A DNA stretch of 63,603 nucleotides, counting the filler, from Choristocarpus tenellus KU-1152 (Eukaryota; Protista; Phaeophyceae), in assembly GCA_964200185.2 (NCBI GenBank). It is 9 parts of 9 records of this genome, joined end to end, with 100 filler letters (N's around TTAATTAATTAA, not from the genome) between each part and the next. Parts side by side here need not be neighbours in the genome. Positions count along the whole stretch, not along the records: positions 32,629 to 41,392 come from CAXNAD020004350.1; positions 41,493 to 53,476 come from CAXNAD020002038.1; 7 more parts are not named here. One strand, 5' to 3'. Below are positions 39,828 through 53,476 of the stretch, piece by piece; position 1 is the first letter of the stretch, and each line of letters begins with the position of its first letter. Position numbers and translations under genes: made by a program. A model generated the notes under the pieces. The model made no database searches. It saw only the letters and a program-made list of their open reading frames with translations, and was not told the origin of the DNA.

Positions 39828-40588
39828 TTGCTGTATGGGAATGAGCTGTTGCAATAGACCAAATACCTCAACGTATTTCAATTCTTGAGGTGACACGATG
39901 CATGGAGCAGGATTGACCCTAAGCACAAGAAGTAGCATATTCAGGTGTGTTTTATTTTATTTGTGGAGTTGTCCACTTTTGACTCTGTGGTGCTCTGTGG
40001 CACCATTGAGTCTGTCTCACAAGTGTGTTCTTCAACTTAATATGAAAAAGAGAAACATTGAACAAATAAATGCCTACTGGTAGTCTTTGCATTGGTTCAG
40101 GTGTGGTGGTAGCTTCCCCCAACTTCTGTCTCTGATGTGTCATTCTAATCCTCATTACAGCATACGTCTTTCCACCAAACAACATAATAAGAAGTGTTCT
40201 TGAAGCATACTCACATATATTTTACACCCAACTCCCCAACCTTCCCATGGCATGATCATGCACTCACTCCCCTATCACTAATCTTACCACAACATCAACT
40301 ATCAACAAGTGTACTACTCATCACTACAAATACTTGGTTACCATATTTGCTACTTTCACACCCACATCTGGTACCTGTAGACTTTTAGTTACCCTCACCC
40401 CCAACAGCTAGCGACAACTGCACTACTCGCTCCCATTTAGTAATGATATTTTCTAGCACACCAACATCTGTGATCCCCACCCCCACACACTTCATAGCTC
40501 GCGTCACACTACACCTACGATAACAGCTCTCTCTCTCTCAAACATGCTGTAGGTCAGGCAACTCCCTATACTACCATTGACCACATAA

Positions 40589-41392
40589 TCATAAACACAA
40601 TACAACGTTCTGAAAGACAATGGATGGGGCCTTCTCGACCAAGAACTCCATGACAGCACCCAACTTTGTGATGTTCATGGTGTGGTCGTCGCACCCCACC
40701 CTGCTCTGTTGTTGATGTGATTTTTGGATGCGAGCCCCACGCGATCTCCCTCTCTTTCCCAGAACCCCTTCCCTTGGGCTTGCGTGGTTTGCCCCACCAC
40801 CATCCTTCAACCAGTTGGGTTGCTTGGTCTCGTCCAACAATTTTTGTTGGAAGTTTGACTCTGCAGAGCCCTTGCCTCTCTTCATTGAACTCGAAGCCGT
40901 CTTTCCTTTCTGCCGACACTTTCTCAGGGTCTTTCGCCTCTTGTTTGTTGGATCAATTTCTATGTCTTGATGGTGCCTCTCTTCGCAGTTCCCCTCGTTC
41001 TCCTTTTTCGGGTGCTTCCTCGATAGCTTCGCTCTCTGCCTCGAGAGAATCACCCAGCCCCGCCCCCCCCACGTTCTCGCCGTGGTCACCTTTCGTTTCA
41101 GCTTGATCGAGCATCCGTCGCCGAAGAGGTCCTCTGGCAATCGTCCATCAGAAGTACGAATGGACGCTGAAGCACCCATCCGCAACAAAAGTTGAACCTT
41201 CCACCTCGAGTTCTCCGTGCACGCCACATGGAGGGGTGTAAGTCCCAGGTGATCCTTGGGATCTGTATCGACATCTCCGAGGACAAGAAGCCTCCTCATG
41301 ATGGACACGTTGCCCTTGGCGGCAACGCGATGGAGAAGCGTTTGCCCCCCTTGGTATACTCTTGTGGCGTTCGCCCCACACTTCAAAAGGAT
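40589..41392 (-). CDS. Intronless ankyrin-repeat protein of the EsV-1 (phaeovirus) ankyrin type; 5' truncated by the contig end
   Basis: Ankyrin repeats GQTLLHRVAAKGNVSIMRRLL and GLTPLHVACTENSRWKVQLLLRMGA. They are followed by TWGGRGWVILSRQR and a terminal VFQNVVLCL*, which match the W.RRGWL...R / VFR.VV.FL signature as I recall it from EsV-1-like ankyrin proteins. Confidence 0.85.
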   Translation of the reverse strand: MLLKCGANATRVYQGGQTLLHRVAAKGNVSIMRRLLVLGDVDTDPKDHLGLTPLHVACTENSRWKVQLLLRMGASASIRTSDGRLPEDLFGDGCSIKLKRKVTTARTWGGRGWVILSRQRAKLSRKHPKKENEGNCEERHHQDIEIDPTNKRRKTLRKCRQKGKTASSSMKRGKGSAESNFQQKLLDETKQPNWLKDGGGANHASPREGVLGKRGRSRGARIQKSHQQQSRVGCDDHTMNITKLGAVMEFLVEKAPSIVFQNVVLCL

Positions 41393-44300
41393 NNNNNNNN
41401 NNNNNNNNNNNNNNNNNNNNNNNNNNNNNNNNNNNNTTAATTAATTAANNNNNNNNNNNNNNNNNNNNNNNNNNNNNNNNNNNNNNNNNNNNTAAGGAGA
41501 ACATCGATACGGGGCAGGGTAGAGGGGTCTCTGCCAGTTCAGGCGCATGTACTGGGGTGCCCTTGCATACGTCCGTCCAAGGACGCATCCTTCAAGCGTC
41601 TACAGGACGGAGCAGTACGGCGGCACGGAAGAGACCTTTTGCTCCTACTACGCAAACGCTGCAGGCAAGCACGCGGGTTAGGTTTACCGCCAGTCACGTT
41701 CGGCCATCTTCTTCTGGTGCCAGGGAAAAGTAGAGACGTCATATTAGTAATCATGTGGCAGATGTTCGTATTAGTAAAGTATACCTCATAGGCGTCCTGA
41801 AGAATGGGCGGTGTGTATTGAGAGCCGAGTACGCATTTTTGTTGTGGCGAATTATAATCACTACCTTCTGCGATGGCGGCGACAACATGTTGTGTTTAGC
41901 TTAATACATGATGTTTTCAGAGCCTTCCAAGCAGCATGTTGTTGTTGTAGTGGTCATATTATTAGTTGTCGATTGTTGTGTGGCAGTCTAAATCCTTTGT
42001 TTCCATTCATGATTTTGAGCCTCTTGTTATACGGGTTGGTTGTTATTAATAACATACATCACGTACAAACGAATTATAGATTGAAAGGTATGCTTTCAAA
42101 TTAGAACATATCTGATGATGATGCTAGTAGCAAGTAGTGGCTCTCACCGTTTTCTGTTATGTCCTGTTCATTGTATACATACTTCTTTTCGTTACCAATA
42201 ACAATGTCGAAGTCTAGGTTGGCGCCGCCTATGGTACAAACTTTGGCCGCTACGTACATACGTACCGCCTCTAACAAGAAAGATGATCACGAGATCTTCT
42301 CAACTAACCCTAACTTCTTCTTCTCTTCTTCTTCCTATTAAGCGTGCCAAAACTACACGCAATAACAGCCATTAACGCAAGAATATACTCGAAGCACAAG
42401 CTTTTCATGTATGTCTAGAGTGAAACATGTGTTCGTTCTTCTTTGTGGACTTGGTAAGTTTTTTTGGTGGATGTGACCTATTTATAATCCCTTACTGCTT
42501 GTACAAACCACATAATAACACTCGAATAAATATTTTGTAACTAGTAGAAGAAGACGTATGTATATACGTATGTACTGTATAATACAATCTGTAGTGTACC
42601 ATACATATTATTATAAGAATACCAAAACCGTTATCGGCTCCAAATTGTAGCCGTGCCCTCCACAAATACCGAAATATTTTTATTAAAAATATATCCGGGC
42701 CCTTAAAAAGTGCCGAAACATTAAAAAAAAACACACACATCTCGGGGCCTTAAAAGTGCCGAAACATTAAAAAAAAAAAACATATCGGTACTTTTTCCAC
42801 AACGTTTTCGATCAGAACCCATCCTCAATACCTTGCTCCTTCCTCAATTCTCCAAATCCACTGTTCAAGCCTCCCAATACATACGAGAACTAAGCCTTGT
42901 CCAGAGTGGGCCTTTCGTGTATAGAACGAACTTGTAAAAGTTAGGTTACATTTAATTCCAAACTGAGGAAACAGACAACTTTATTGGATTGTAAATATCA
43001 AAAGATTGCACATACATGAATAACAAGGCGATAGACTGCGCCTCATCTGAACAAGGTTCTCACTAGTAAGCATAGTAATCATGAGAAAACTCCTATTCTT
43101 TGCCCTCTCAGGTTCATATTATGGTCAAAATATTCAACTTGTAGGAAGTGTCACTCTTGGTTCAAAAGATCGTCCATCATTCAGAAATAAAGTCTTTCAG
43201 AAGAACCATGGTTGCCGAGTGGTTCAAACTTACTGTATGTTCTTTACGTTAAACCGCCCACAATGACCTCCAAATATATGTTCGAGATATAACCTCCATG
43301 CCACTTTTTTTTTCTTCGAAGCATTAGATATTTTGAAAATAGGTTCTAGAAACCAAACTTTACTTGAATGAAGTTTGTAATTCTCTAATGGAGTTGCAAA
43401 AACGCCTAGTAAATCTAGGAGGGTTGCAAAAGGAATCTTTCTCGCTTTGGTTTGGTTTGACACAAATCACCCTTTTCCCCAACTCCTAAAATAGTTCCAA
43501 GTGTGCTTTGTACAACGTACAAGATAAACATGACAGAAGTCAAGATACAAACGGTGGAATGCAAGAGAAAAGGATGGGAACATCATTAGAGGCGAGAGCA
43601 TCTTGCTTGATAGGAACTCTGGAGGAAAGGTAGGATCTATCACGGTATAAGAAGAAAAACAAGACAATGAAAAAAAGGATTGAAACACCGCAGCATCTAG
43701 GCTCTCTTGTATGAAGTTACCCATTGCAGCAGCCAACTTCAGAGATGACGAGCTTTCCAGGGGGTGAACAGTCACTGCCCAAGAAAAGGTCGTATCACGC
43801 GTGTGCACATCCACAAATGAAGAATGTCAATTGACCCACATAACTGCACACTAGACCCCAGGCAGTGGAACAACAAGCTGATCCCCACACATTAATTCTG
43901 GCTGATTAACACAATCCAAGCATTCTGCCAAAAGAGCAATACGCTTACCCTGACTGGCATACAAGAGGTGATACCAAACAGCAGGAAAAAGCGCTCATCA
44001 ACAGGCAAGAGCTATGGCAGTAAAATGGCAAGGGGGAGAAAGAAGGAGGGTCTGCACAAAGCGACAAACTGTCTATTCTCCCTCCAGGACACACGGACAT
44101 CGACACTCATCCCATTACAACAGTATGTGACAAACTTCAAAATATTTCAATCACTTTCCAATGGGTGCAGCAGATGAAAGACAAACAACTGCAAGGGAGC
44201 TCTCAAGGAGTTAATGGGCACTCGCACAGTTGTCCTTCAAGGTCTACAAGAGCTGACTTAGCTGTCCTTCGAAGCCACAACTGAGCCTGTTCCTGCACAC

Positions 44301-44446
44301 ATCCTCAACAACCCTATGTTACATGGGAAAGCCGTAATGTCAGAACACCCTAATCAGTTGATTCCAACTTTAGGGATTGTTCCTTCAAGTCCCCTCTACA
44401 ATTCAAGTTCCTTGCTATTTTCACTACTTGATGACTGATCTCCTCC

Positions 44447-47400
44447 CTACTGCTTAAAGGGATCGACCACCTCCAAACGTGAACCCTCAGGCAAATTGGC
44501 ATTTGCTTCCTCAAAGGCCATCTTGGATCCCACCACAGCTACACTCCCTGTCTCCTTTAGCTGTGTACAGACAAGTTTTATTAAGGGGAGCAAGACTTTC
44601 AAGTCAGCAAAAAAGGGGGGGGAAAGGCCTTATTGAGAGTACACCAATAGCCATTGAGAGTACCTTGGCCACCAATAGATAGCCTTTGTGTCACACTAAA
44701 GTGGACGTACTAGACAGATTGCTCTCCAAAATAAAAAACTACATCCACGGATGGGATCCCTATTTGACAGATGGTGGAAATTGACAACAAAAATGTGGTG
44801 GGTCTCTACAGTGAAGAGATTGCATACCAGAAGCACATTTAACTTAGGTGATGCAGGTTTAAGCAATACACTCGTGCTTCACTCTATAGTATTCATAGTA
44901 TTTGCATTTGACATTAGCAGGGGTTGGGTAAACCCTGTATTGGCCATGTCCTGCTAGAAGCATTCACAAGCACTCACGGGCAAGAATGGCATCACATGTA
45001 GTGTAAGTGTGCAAGTCTAGAGGGCTTCATAAAAACAGAAAAATATGCATCCTAACTTACCTTTGAAAGGCGGTCTCCAAAGTCAACGAAGTCTGCAGAC
45101 TTGGTGGTCAAGACCTACAAAAGAAAAGAAACAAGAGGAAAGTAAACGCATGTGCTATGGAGTTTGGAGGCAGACGGGATGTTTCAGGTTTGCTTCAATT
45201 GAGCAGTTTTGCTAGGATCAAACTCATCGAGTGAATTTAGATATTTTGGACATTTTGTCACACTCCTCACTAGGAAGACCACAATGTTAGGAATATTATT
45301 TTTATCCATGTGTAAAAGATTATTCTGTAGGAGAAACATTGAGTTGTTGAACAATTGTTGGATAACAGGATAATTGATAGTAATGTCTTCGTCAGGTGAC
45401 TACAAGAATATTAGGATTAGGGTTATTAGAGTATAACAAGAAGAATCCTAGAAAAGGAAGGTTGTAGCAAGTAACATAGCAAGTCTTTGGAACACCAATT
45501 TCTTCAACACACAAGCACATTTCAATTTAAGAACATGTCAAGCTTATGGTTGACCGTTTGTGAGAAAAAGATTCGAAGCAACATTTTATGTACATACAGA
45601 CAATAATGTGGGACATTAGGGATAGATAGGGTTAGGGTATTTGACCAGAAGCAATTGGTGGAATGTTAGAACCGGAGTGTTTCTGACGTGCGCTAGAGAA
45701 CTGTTGAGCCATCTGGTATTCTGAGTCATTTACTGTAAGATTTGATGAGCCCCATCTGGTGATGGTGTCTCACTCTCTTCTCAACTTTGATAAAAGCTAG
45801 TAACAACAATATAACTGGTGTGGGACAACAGATCGTCAAGGACAGCTTAACAGAACATTTTAAGACTTTGAAACAATTTAGTGGCCACTCACCAAGCCTT
45901 TCGATAAGCAACACCTTCAATTCAAGACGTAAATATGTGGAGAATTCTGCAACCAATGCAAATTTGTAGCATACCTACCTGATACTGAGTAGTGAGAACG
46001 TTAGGGTAACCTTAACCCTAATCAAGAAGGGTGAGAAAATCAGCAATGAGTGATAATCATGTATTAGTAATTGTAATTGCAACATACTGCGGAAACACAA
46101 GATGTATTCACCTTATCCTTTTGCACACTAGATTTCACCATGTAATTGCTCATTGACACTACAGATGCCTCAGCCCTCACAGGCTTCCACCAATAGTCAC
46201 ACAGAAAAAAAGGAAAGAGCCACAACTCTAACCCTAACCTAAACCTTTGATCAACAAGTTATCCTTGAAAAGGTGTGTGTAGTTACCCCATAACCTGAGG
46301 TAGGCATGAAGTTCATTGCTTCCTCTGCCTCATACGACACAGATGTAGAATGGAAACGATCAAGGCAACACAGTACTAAAAAGAAACTTTGCCATGAAAA
46401 ATAGAAATGATCGTACTGAGCTAAAACACGTGTACGCCCTCTAAACCATTTGCCTTTGCAGTGGAGATAGGGTTGGGGGAATTACCCAACTTGTTCAAGA
46501 CAATAAATAGACAAGTTCACCCAACCAACAGGGCAGGAAAATAATAGGGGCCTGAAGATAGGTTGCAGTATGTATTTAGAGATTCCCTGCAAGGGCTAAC
46601 CCCTTCAGTTAAAATAGAACTAAGGTCAAAAATGTACAGGAAACTTTATCAGGACTTGTTCATAGCACCAAATCATAGATTTCTTTGTCAATGTCTGGAA
46701 CTACTGGAACAACATTGCCAGGACCATTTAAATTGCAATTGAGTGCCCAAGGTAATTGATGTTGCGTAAGGAGAGTTTGTAGGGGAGGAGATCACACTAC
46801 CTCATCTCTGAACTTCTGACGTGATTCGTCTGTTGTTCCACGGAGGTAACGGCGGAGGCTTGTCCAGCCCTTGGAGTCCGCCGGCATTGGAGAGTCCATG
46901 TCTCCCACAGTTCCAATGATACTCTTCTCCAACTCCTCGTCAGGAAGACTCAGAGCATTCAAGTAAGCTGGTTCCACCAGTGCAACAAAAAGTAACCATG
47001 CACAAGGCACAGACAATATCAGACAAAAGATGACATTCAGATACTAAAAACTCATTAAACCCATCACGCATCCATCCATCTTTCCCTCCCACAAAAGCCG
47101 CTCGCGTCCGAAAAAATATGTCATATTTTTTATCACTTTTAAATATAATTCCAAAACAGTAAGAATGGCAACATTTGCATTACAGCTTAGTGAAAAAGAC
47201 AGTATTTTTTCTTGGTTCAACCTACACAAATATGACAAAAACCATATTTATTTCTCACAGGAGCAGCTGTCATAAATGTCGAGAGTCTTTTCCAGGTTGG
47301 GGTCACGATATGAGATGCATGAGAACAGTCCTGACGAAGGATCAAACTTGGTGAAGCCACCATAGGCTCCTCCCATAACCCTGACTGTGTCCCATAGATA

Positions 47401-50400
47401 GCCTGTCCGCAGGAAGTGTGACACAACGGTGGTATGCCCTGGGGCAACCTCTCCAGGCTGATAGAGCTGCCCTCCCTTGACTACATAGTTCACCTGTCCA
47501 TACAGAGGAGATCATGGGCAGTGTGTAGGGGGGTTGAGCCGAGCAATATGTGAGGTGAGGCCTCAATAACTTCTGCAAGCATGGAAACACTACCTCAGTC
47601 CCTTCAACTTGATGTTTCACATCTTCTAGGCACCGAAGTGAGATCTTGACTTAGATGTAAGCACACATAATTATATGCTGCTGTACCTAGCAATCAAGTC
47701 ATCATCAACCCACATAAATCCTTTGAAATGATCAGCAGGGCAAAGGTGGAGATTGGACAATGAGTGTCCAAAATCCCATCAAGTCAGTTTCTGTAAGAGC
47801 ACTAGTGTACCTCGTCATTAGTGTACAATTTTTCTGCAAAGACACATCATAGAGTATGAATTTGTCACGTCACATGATAGGGGCATGGCTAAGAAGTGCA
47901 ACTCAAAACATACGCCCCAGCAAAAGATTATTTGGACATAAAATAGAAAACAAACATTATCCTTAAAAAAAACACACAGATTACCGCTATTACACTAGTA
48001 CTCCACATAACATAAATACTCTCAATAACAGAGTGGACCAGGGTACATTAGTACACTAGTACATTAGTACACTAGTACATTAGTACACTAGTACATTAGT
48101 CCCCTGGTCCATTCTACAAAAAAAACTAAAAGAAGCAGAGGCAAATTATCAAATGCAGCGAACCCTAACCCTTAATAAAGACTACAAGAACTACTATACC
48201 TGTCAATGTTTTGTGCACATCTCAGCTGTAGACAAGTGTCAAGTTGATGCACTGGCTATATTTTGTGTCTCATGTGTCTCATATGTCTCATATGGACTAC
48301 TCTGTAACCCAACCACTGAAAGGTAATCTTTCGCCTACTAAATCGAGCAAATATCTTACTAGGAGAGATCTCACTTGAGTAGGTACAACAAAGCCCTCAT
48401 TTTTCTCCACCAGCAAAGTTGCCTGCTCTGCCAGACTTCTGGTGTCCTTCACAGAAGCAGTAGTCTCCTCGGGGAGCCGAGATAGGAAATCAGAAACACT
48501 AGGCATGGCCTTGTCCAGCACAGCCTATTCACATACGGAGGGAGTGTCAAATAAACATGGCGCACGCATTGATTTCCCTTATGACAAGGACAAGTATTGC
48601 AAACATCAACAGAAGAGTTAGTCACTATCAAGCAGATACTCCGAAAGACCTCCCCCTATCCATAACTCTAACCCTAGGAATGGTACACTTTATAGAATCA
48701 GGTAGCATAAAAAGCAATTTTCATCAGAAAAAAAGGTCTGTCCCCAGGCAACACCATCACATAGAGAGAGCACCATGGATGACCAAGCTTCAGAAAGCCT
48801 AATTGACAGCAAACTCATGAGCGTCCTTGAAAATAAGCCAAGGTGCTTTCATAGGTAACCCTAACCCTAACTCTTATTCAGGGAACATGGTAAACATGAA
48901 AAACTCTCCAAGAAATGCCCTCAATAACTATCATATTTTGAAAATATTCTACCAAATCTGAACAAAATTCAACTCCTTCCCCCTCAAAAGAAATCCTTCA
49001 CTAGCTATACATGTTACATCTTGCAACCTACATTTCTACCCACAGCCCCTACCAAATTCAACTAACCCTTACCCTTCCCCTCTTATAGTACTTCATAATA
49101 AACATAATAAGCTTGCTCTTCTCACCTCATCTCTATGGGGGGTAGTCTTAACGGGGGCATTGCTCTGCCAATTCAATGAGGTACTAGAGGTAAGGCACCT
49201 TCTGCATTCTCTCTTTCACTGCCATGATCAGGGAAATTCCTTTGATGTGGGAAATGGGGCGCTACAAACTCAGAACAGCAAGGGAGTATCCTAGCCCTAG
49301 CCCTAGCCCTAGCCCTAGCCCTAGCCCTAACCCTAAGTATCAACAAACAAGTCACAAAGCTAACTATTCACTTAAAGCTCTGAGTGCCATATTTCCAATC
49401 ATTCAGCCCCTGGAGTATCTGTACCCAGTTACTGTGTCTAGTGTTAGGGTTATACGTATCCTTGAAAGAAATTAGTCTCACCTGGTCACCAGTGAGGTTG
49501 ATCAGGAACTTGTTCTTGCTTAGGAGGGTTGTCCTCAAACATTCCAAGCGGGCCTTGAGGGAAGGCCAATCGTTCTCTGCCTGGAGCAGCAAGTCTCTTA
49601 CTGTTCCTACATATGAAACACCCCCCTGGAGCTCCTTGATATAACCATCCAGGGTATACCTCAAGTAGACAATTGCCAAGAAAAAAAACAAAAAAATGGT
49701 AAGATTGCCAGTAGTATGACTTTTTACCTCACTGCCTAACCGTACCAGGACTGCAGTCCAGCCAATGGTCCTTTCCAGTTAACACACATATTTTCAGGTA
49801 GAGTCTGCAGCATTCTTTGTTAAAATCTATGATGGTCCTGTATAAAATGGTATGTTCACCTCTACTGGCCTAGTCAAAGCACGCCAGAGTTAGGGTTAGA
49901 CCTAGTCAAAGTATGCCAGGGTTAGGGTTAGGCTTAGTCAAAGTATGTCAGGGTTAGGGTTAGACCTAGTCAAAGTATGTCAGGGTTAGGGTTAGACCTA
50001 GTCAAAGTACGTCAGGGTTAGGGTTAGACCTAGTCAAAGTATGACAGGTCGACCCCCAATTGTACCTTATGCATATGGTAATAAAAGTGCTTAGAGCATC
50101 CCTTCAGCTGCATATATTCCCATCATCATAGTATGAGTAACTGAAAGCCGATGAGGTCAACTCAATACAATCAATGATTTAACAGGGATACACCTGCCCC
50201 ACAGCCCAGTCTTCGCGTAAGCTTCAAGGGATGGACTGGCAACATTAAAACATCTCTTAACAAGATAAAACCTGTTCAAAAACACTGACAGTCTAAGTCC
50301 GGCTTGAGGCCTGGTTTGGTGAAAAACCCTGGTTGAAAGCAATGAACACACCTATGAGATAAGCTGCACGTCCCAGTGAGAGGCGTTCTTTCTTATAAAG

Positions 50401-52377
50401 TTTACAATCAAATACCCACAGAACCCTATTGCCACAAGATCCAACTGTTACTGATGTCATATCCTGTAACCATATCCTCACCTCCCCTCTACTCGGGTAT
50501 TAGCATATGAGTGACCAGACCCAGAGATCGAAGCTTGGAGTCGTGCCTGTCCCCATCATACACAGAGCATCATACACAGAGGTTAGAGGGCAATATATGT
50601 ACAATACATGTACAATACATGTAAACCAGTATCCAGCCCAAGACATTGCATCAATGTTAACCTAAGCTAGCCAGTGAAAGGCATTACCATTACCATCATT
50701 GGCATTGGCATTGGACTTGGCACAGGTGAATTTGTAGTTGAAGTTGAAGTTGAGGATGGTAACTCATGCATAGTCATTGATCCAAAGTGAGTAAAACAAT
50801 GAACTCAATACAATTACATTTGATTTGGATGCGCTACACACACTAGAAGCAGTATGCAGAGTTAAGGTTAGGTTTAGGGCTGATCACCATTGTTATTGAC
50901 AAGAACCAACACATTTGTGCTATTCAAGGACATACAATAAATAACAATAAATACACTGTGAAGGGGGAGGTTTTAAAAATCAATGAGCGGATGATTCAAA
51001 ATATTCTTTTTCAAAGTCCTGAGATCAACACAAAAGTTTAAGTCGGGACTGGTACTAGAAAGTGTTAAAATATCAATAATAGTACAGAGAATGTGTCGAA
51101 GGGTTAGGGTTAGGGTTGAGGTTAGGGCTGATATATGTTTTCTTGGATTGACAGTTGTGTAATTTACATGCAATTTATGTGAAAATAATTCAGACACCAA
51201 CCTACATTACTTAGAACTGCAAGATAATCATCACGAGGTACTGCAACCATGCTTGGTTAGGGTTAGGGTTAGGGTTATGGGTTACGCATGTTTACTCTCC
51301 AGGTTTACTCTCCAGTGCATCTCAAACTATTTACGGACTTGACACCCTTGATCAATGTTGATCATTGCACTGTACAAACTGTAATTAATGATTCTTGTCA
51401 ATCCCAACCAGGCTTCTGTGAAAACGGATATCTCCATCACCATATCATAACCCTAACCCTAACTCTCATACAAGATAAAAAGAAAAAAGGTTCTGCTCAA
51501 AAACTATAATCTATCACTGCCAGCAGGCGTGTTGATGTGTTTTTCACCTTGGTCTCCTTGAGCATCTCCACAACTCGCTGCTGACTGTCCAAGTTAGCAT
51601 CAGTGAGCACATCGAACACAATGGACATGAGCTGAGGAACCTTCTCAGTCACGGCCTAAAAATATATCAACCAGGGTTAGGGTTAGGGTTAGGGTGCGGG
51701 GAATGTATGTTACAATGTTACTACTCAATGTTACTACTAAGTGCTTCAGATTGTAACATATTCAAAATTCTATCAAATATGCTAGCCCTCCTAAACCTGA
51801 AGATAAAAAATTGTAGCATTGATGAGCAAAAGTCTGAAGGCGGCAAGAGCTATCTACTAAAAGAATAATAATAATAATAATAATTTTCAAAAGCGACAGT
51901 AGCCTTGCTGAACCCTACCACCACAGACAGGCTAACCCTAACACTAAGACAACAACACACCAGGTGACAAACTGAACAAGACAACTACTACTCCCCTACA
52001 CAGCCCCAAAAACCTCACCCCCTTCACTGGCAAGTTTCCTAGTCCATTACCTCACCCCCTACCAAAATGCAGACACCCTACCTTACCTCATCCCCTAACC
52101 CTAACCCTAACCCTAACCCTAACCCTTACCTTTCCACGAACAAACAGGTATGACACTAGGGTATCAGGATCGGAGACCCGGCCATCTTTATAGGGCTGCT
52201 CCTTGAGGAAGGTGGTGTAGACTCCCCCCGTCTGTGAACCAATCCTGCGGGCGAGCTGAACACGGTCTAGGTCAGAGGTACCCGTTTCAGTAAGAGCTCT
52301 AGCGAACAGGCCAAGCAGAGGGTAGTCCTCCAGGGGTAATGCAGACATGTCTATGCCCACATCGGCATACAAGATGC
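44447..52377 (-). CDS. PREP1: Presequence protease (M16C metallopeptidase, PreP/PITRM1/Cym1 family), 3' eight exons; 5' part outside the contig
   Basis: Phase-compatible exons 52377-52130, 51655-51548, 50546-50482, 49659-49482, 48524-48375, 47493-47259, 46967-46801 and 45114-45061, plus the terminal exon 44560-44447. Motifs GILYADVG.D, IGSQTGG, SGSGHSYA, VPTQVNYV, YLWDTVRVMGGAYGG, SYRDPNL, IIGTVGDMDSP. Confidence 0.95.
45570..45855. repeat. Dispersed intronic repeat; second copy at ~60045-60385
   Basis: Shared GAGTGTTTCTGACRTGYGCTAGAGAACTGTTGA...GAGCCCCATCTRGTGATGGYGTCTCACTCTC...GTGTGGGACAACAGATCGTCA. The 60-kb copy has a (CT)n expansion. Confidence 0.9.
48043..48100. repeat. 16-bp minisatellite (GTACATTAGTACACTA)x3.5
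   Basis: Read directly from the sequence. Confidence 0.9.
49289..49335. repeat. (CCTAGC)n microsatellite grading into CCCTAA
   Basis: Read directly from the sequence. Confidence 0.9.
49868..50046. repeat. 32-bp minisatellite CCTAGTCAAAGTATGYCAGGGTTAGGGTTAGA, ~5.5 copies
   Basis: Read directly from the sequence; each unit contains TTAGGG. Confidence 0.92.
52093..52125. repeat. Interstitial telomere-type (CCCTAA)5 tract abutting a splice donor; other tracts at ~51100, ~51257, ~51674 and 52450-52860
   Basis: Read directly from the sequence. Confidence 0.92.
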
Positions 52378-53189
52378 CTGTATTGAAAAGGGTTAGGTAG
52401 GGTTCACAGGGTATGGTTGTAAATTGAATTGAATTGAATTGAATGTGAAGTTAAGGGTTAGAGTTAGATGCGAATTGTGGTCAACAAGGACAGGTGGATG
52501 TCCACACCAGGGGAGGGGAGCCTCTTGTGAGGACAGGGTTAGGGTTTGTATCAGTACAGCCAGTGAAGATTTGGTGGATCACAAATATTCATGATCCACT
52601 TACAAGTAGTATATGTGTATGTATATGTATATGTATAGGGTTAGGGTTGGGGTTAGCACTTTAGAACAGTCAGGTAGTAGGGTTAGGGTTAGAGCTAGCT
52701 CTCCTGGACAAAGAAGGTTCGCTACCCACAATAGAATCGAGGGAGGTTGGTTTTAAGGGATTAGGGTTAGGGTGACAACCAACGAAATATTTACATATTC
52801 CGGGAGTGCTGTGTTTTGGAGAATTGCTAATTGTGTCCCTTTTTCATAGGGTTAGGGTTAGGAATACCAAGGTAAAGATACCAATCATTGTGGGGCCACT
52901 TCTGTCAAACCAGCGGACCAGGACAGGAAATAAATAAAATTATTTAAAGGAAATAAATGATGGATGGATCAGATATTGAAACCCTAACCACAGAGTTGCC
53001 GGATCAAGTCTTATTGAATCTCATCAAAGGGTGTACAAATTGAAACAAGAAAACTGTGACCAATCAAACTGAACGTCAAAACAATAAAGTAGTAAGGTGA
53101 ACACATGATTCCCCAGAAAATATTCAAAAGACAAACTTCAATCTTTCAAAAGTGAACAGCACCTACTGTGGTGGAGAGTGAACAATGTC

Positions 53190-53476
53190 ATCAACACACT
53201 ATCTACACACTCTATCTACACACTCTATCTACACACTCTATCAACACACTCTATCAACACACTCTATCTACACACTCTATCTACACACTCTATCTACACA
53301 CTCTATCTACACACTCTATCAACACACTCTATCTACACACTCTATCAACACACTCTATCTACACACTCTATCTACACACTCTATCAACACACTCTATCAA
53401 CACACTCTATCAACACACTCTATCTACACACTCTATCTACACACTCTATCAACACACTCTATCAACACACTCTCTC
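53190..53476. repeat. 13-bp minisatellite (ACACACTCTATCW)n running into the contig end
   Basis: About 22 units with two variants (ATCT/ATCA). The repeat explains the spurious ORFs in all three + frames. Confidence 0.97.
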
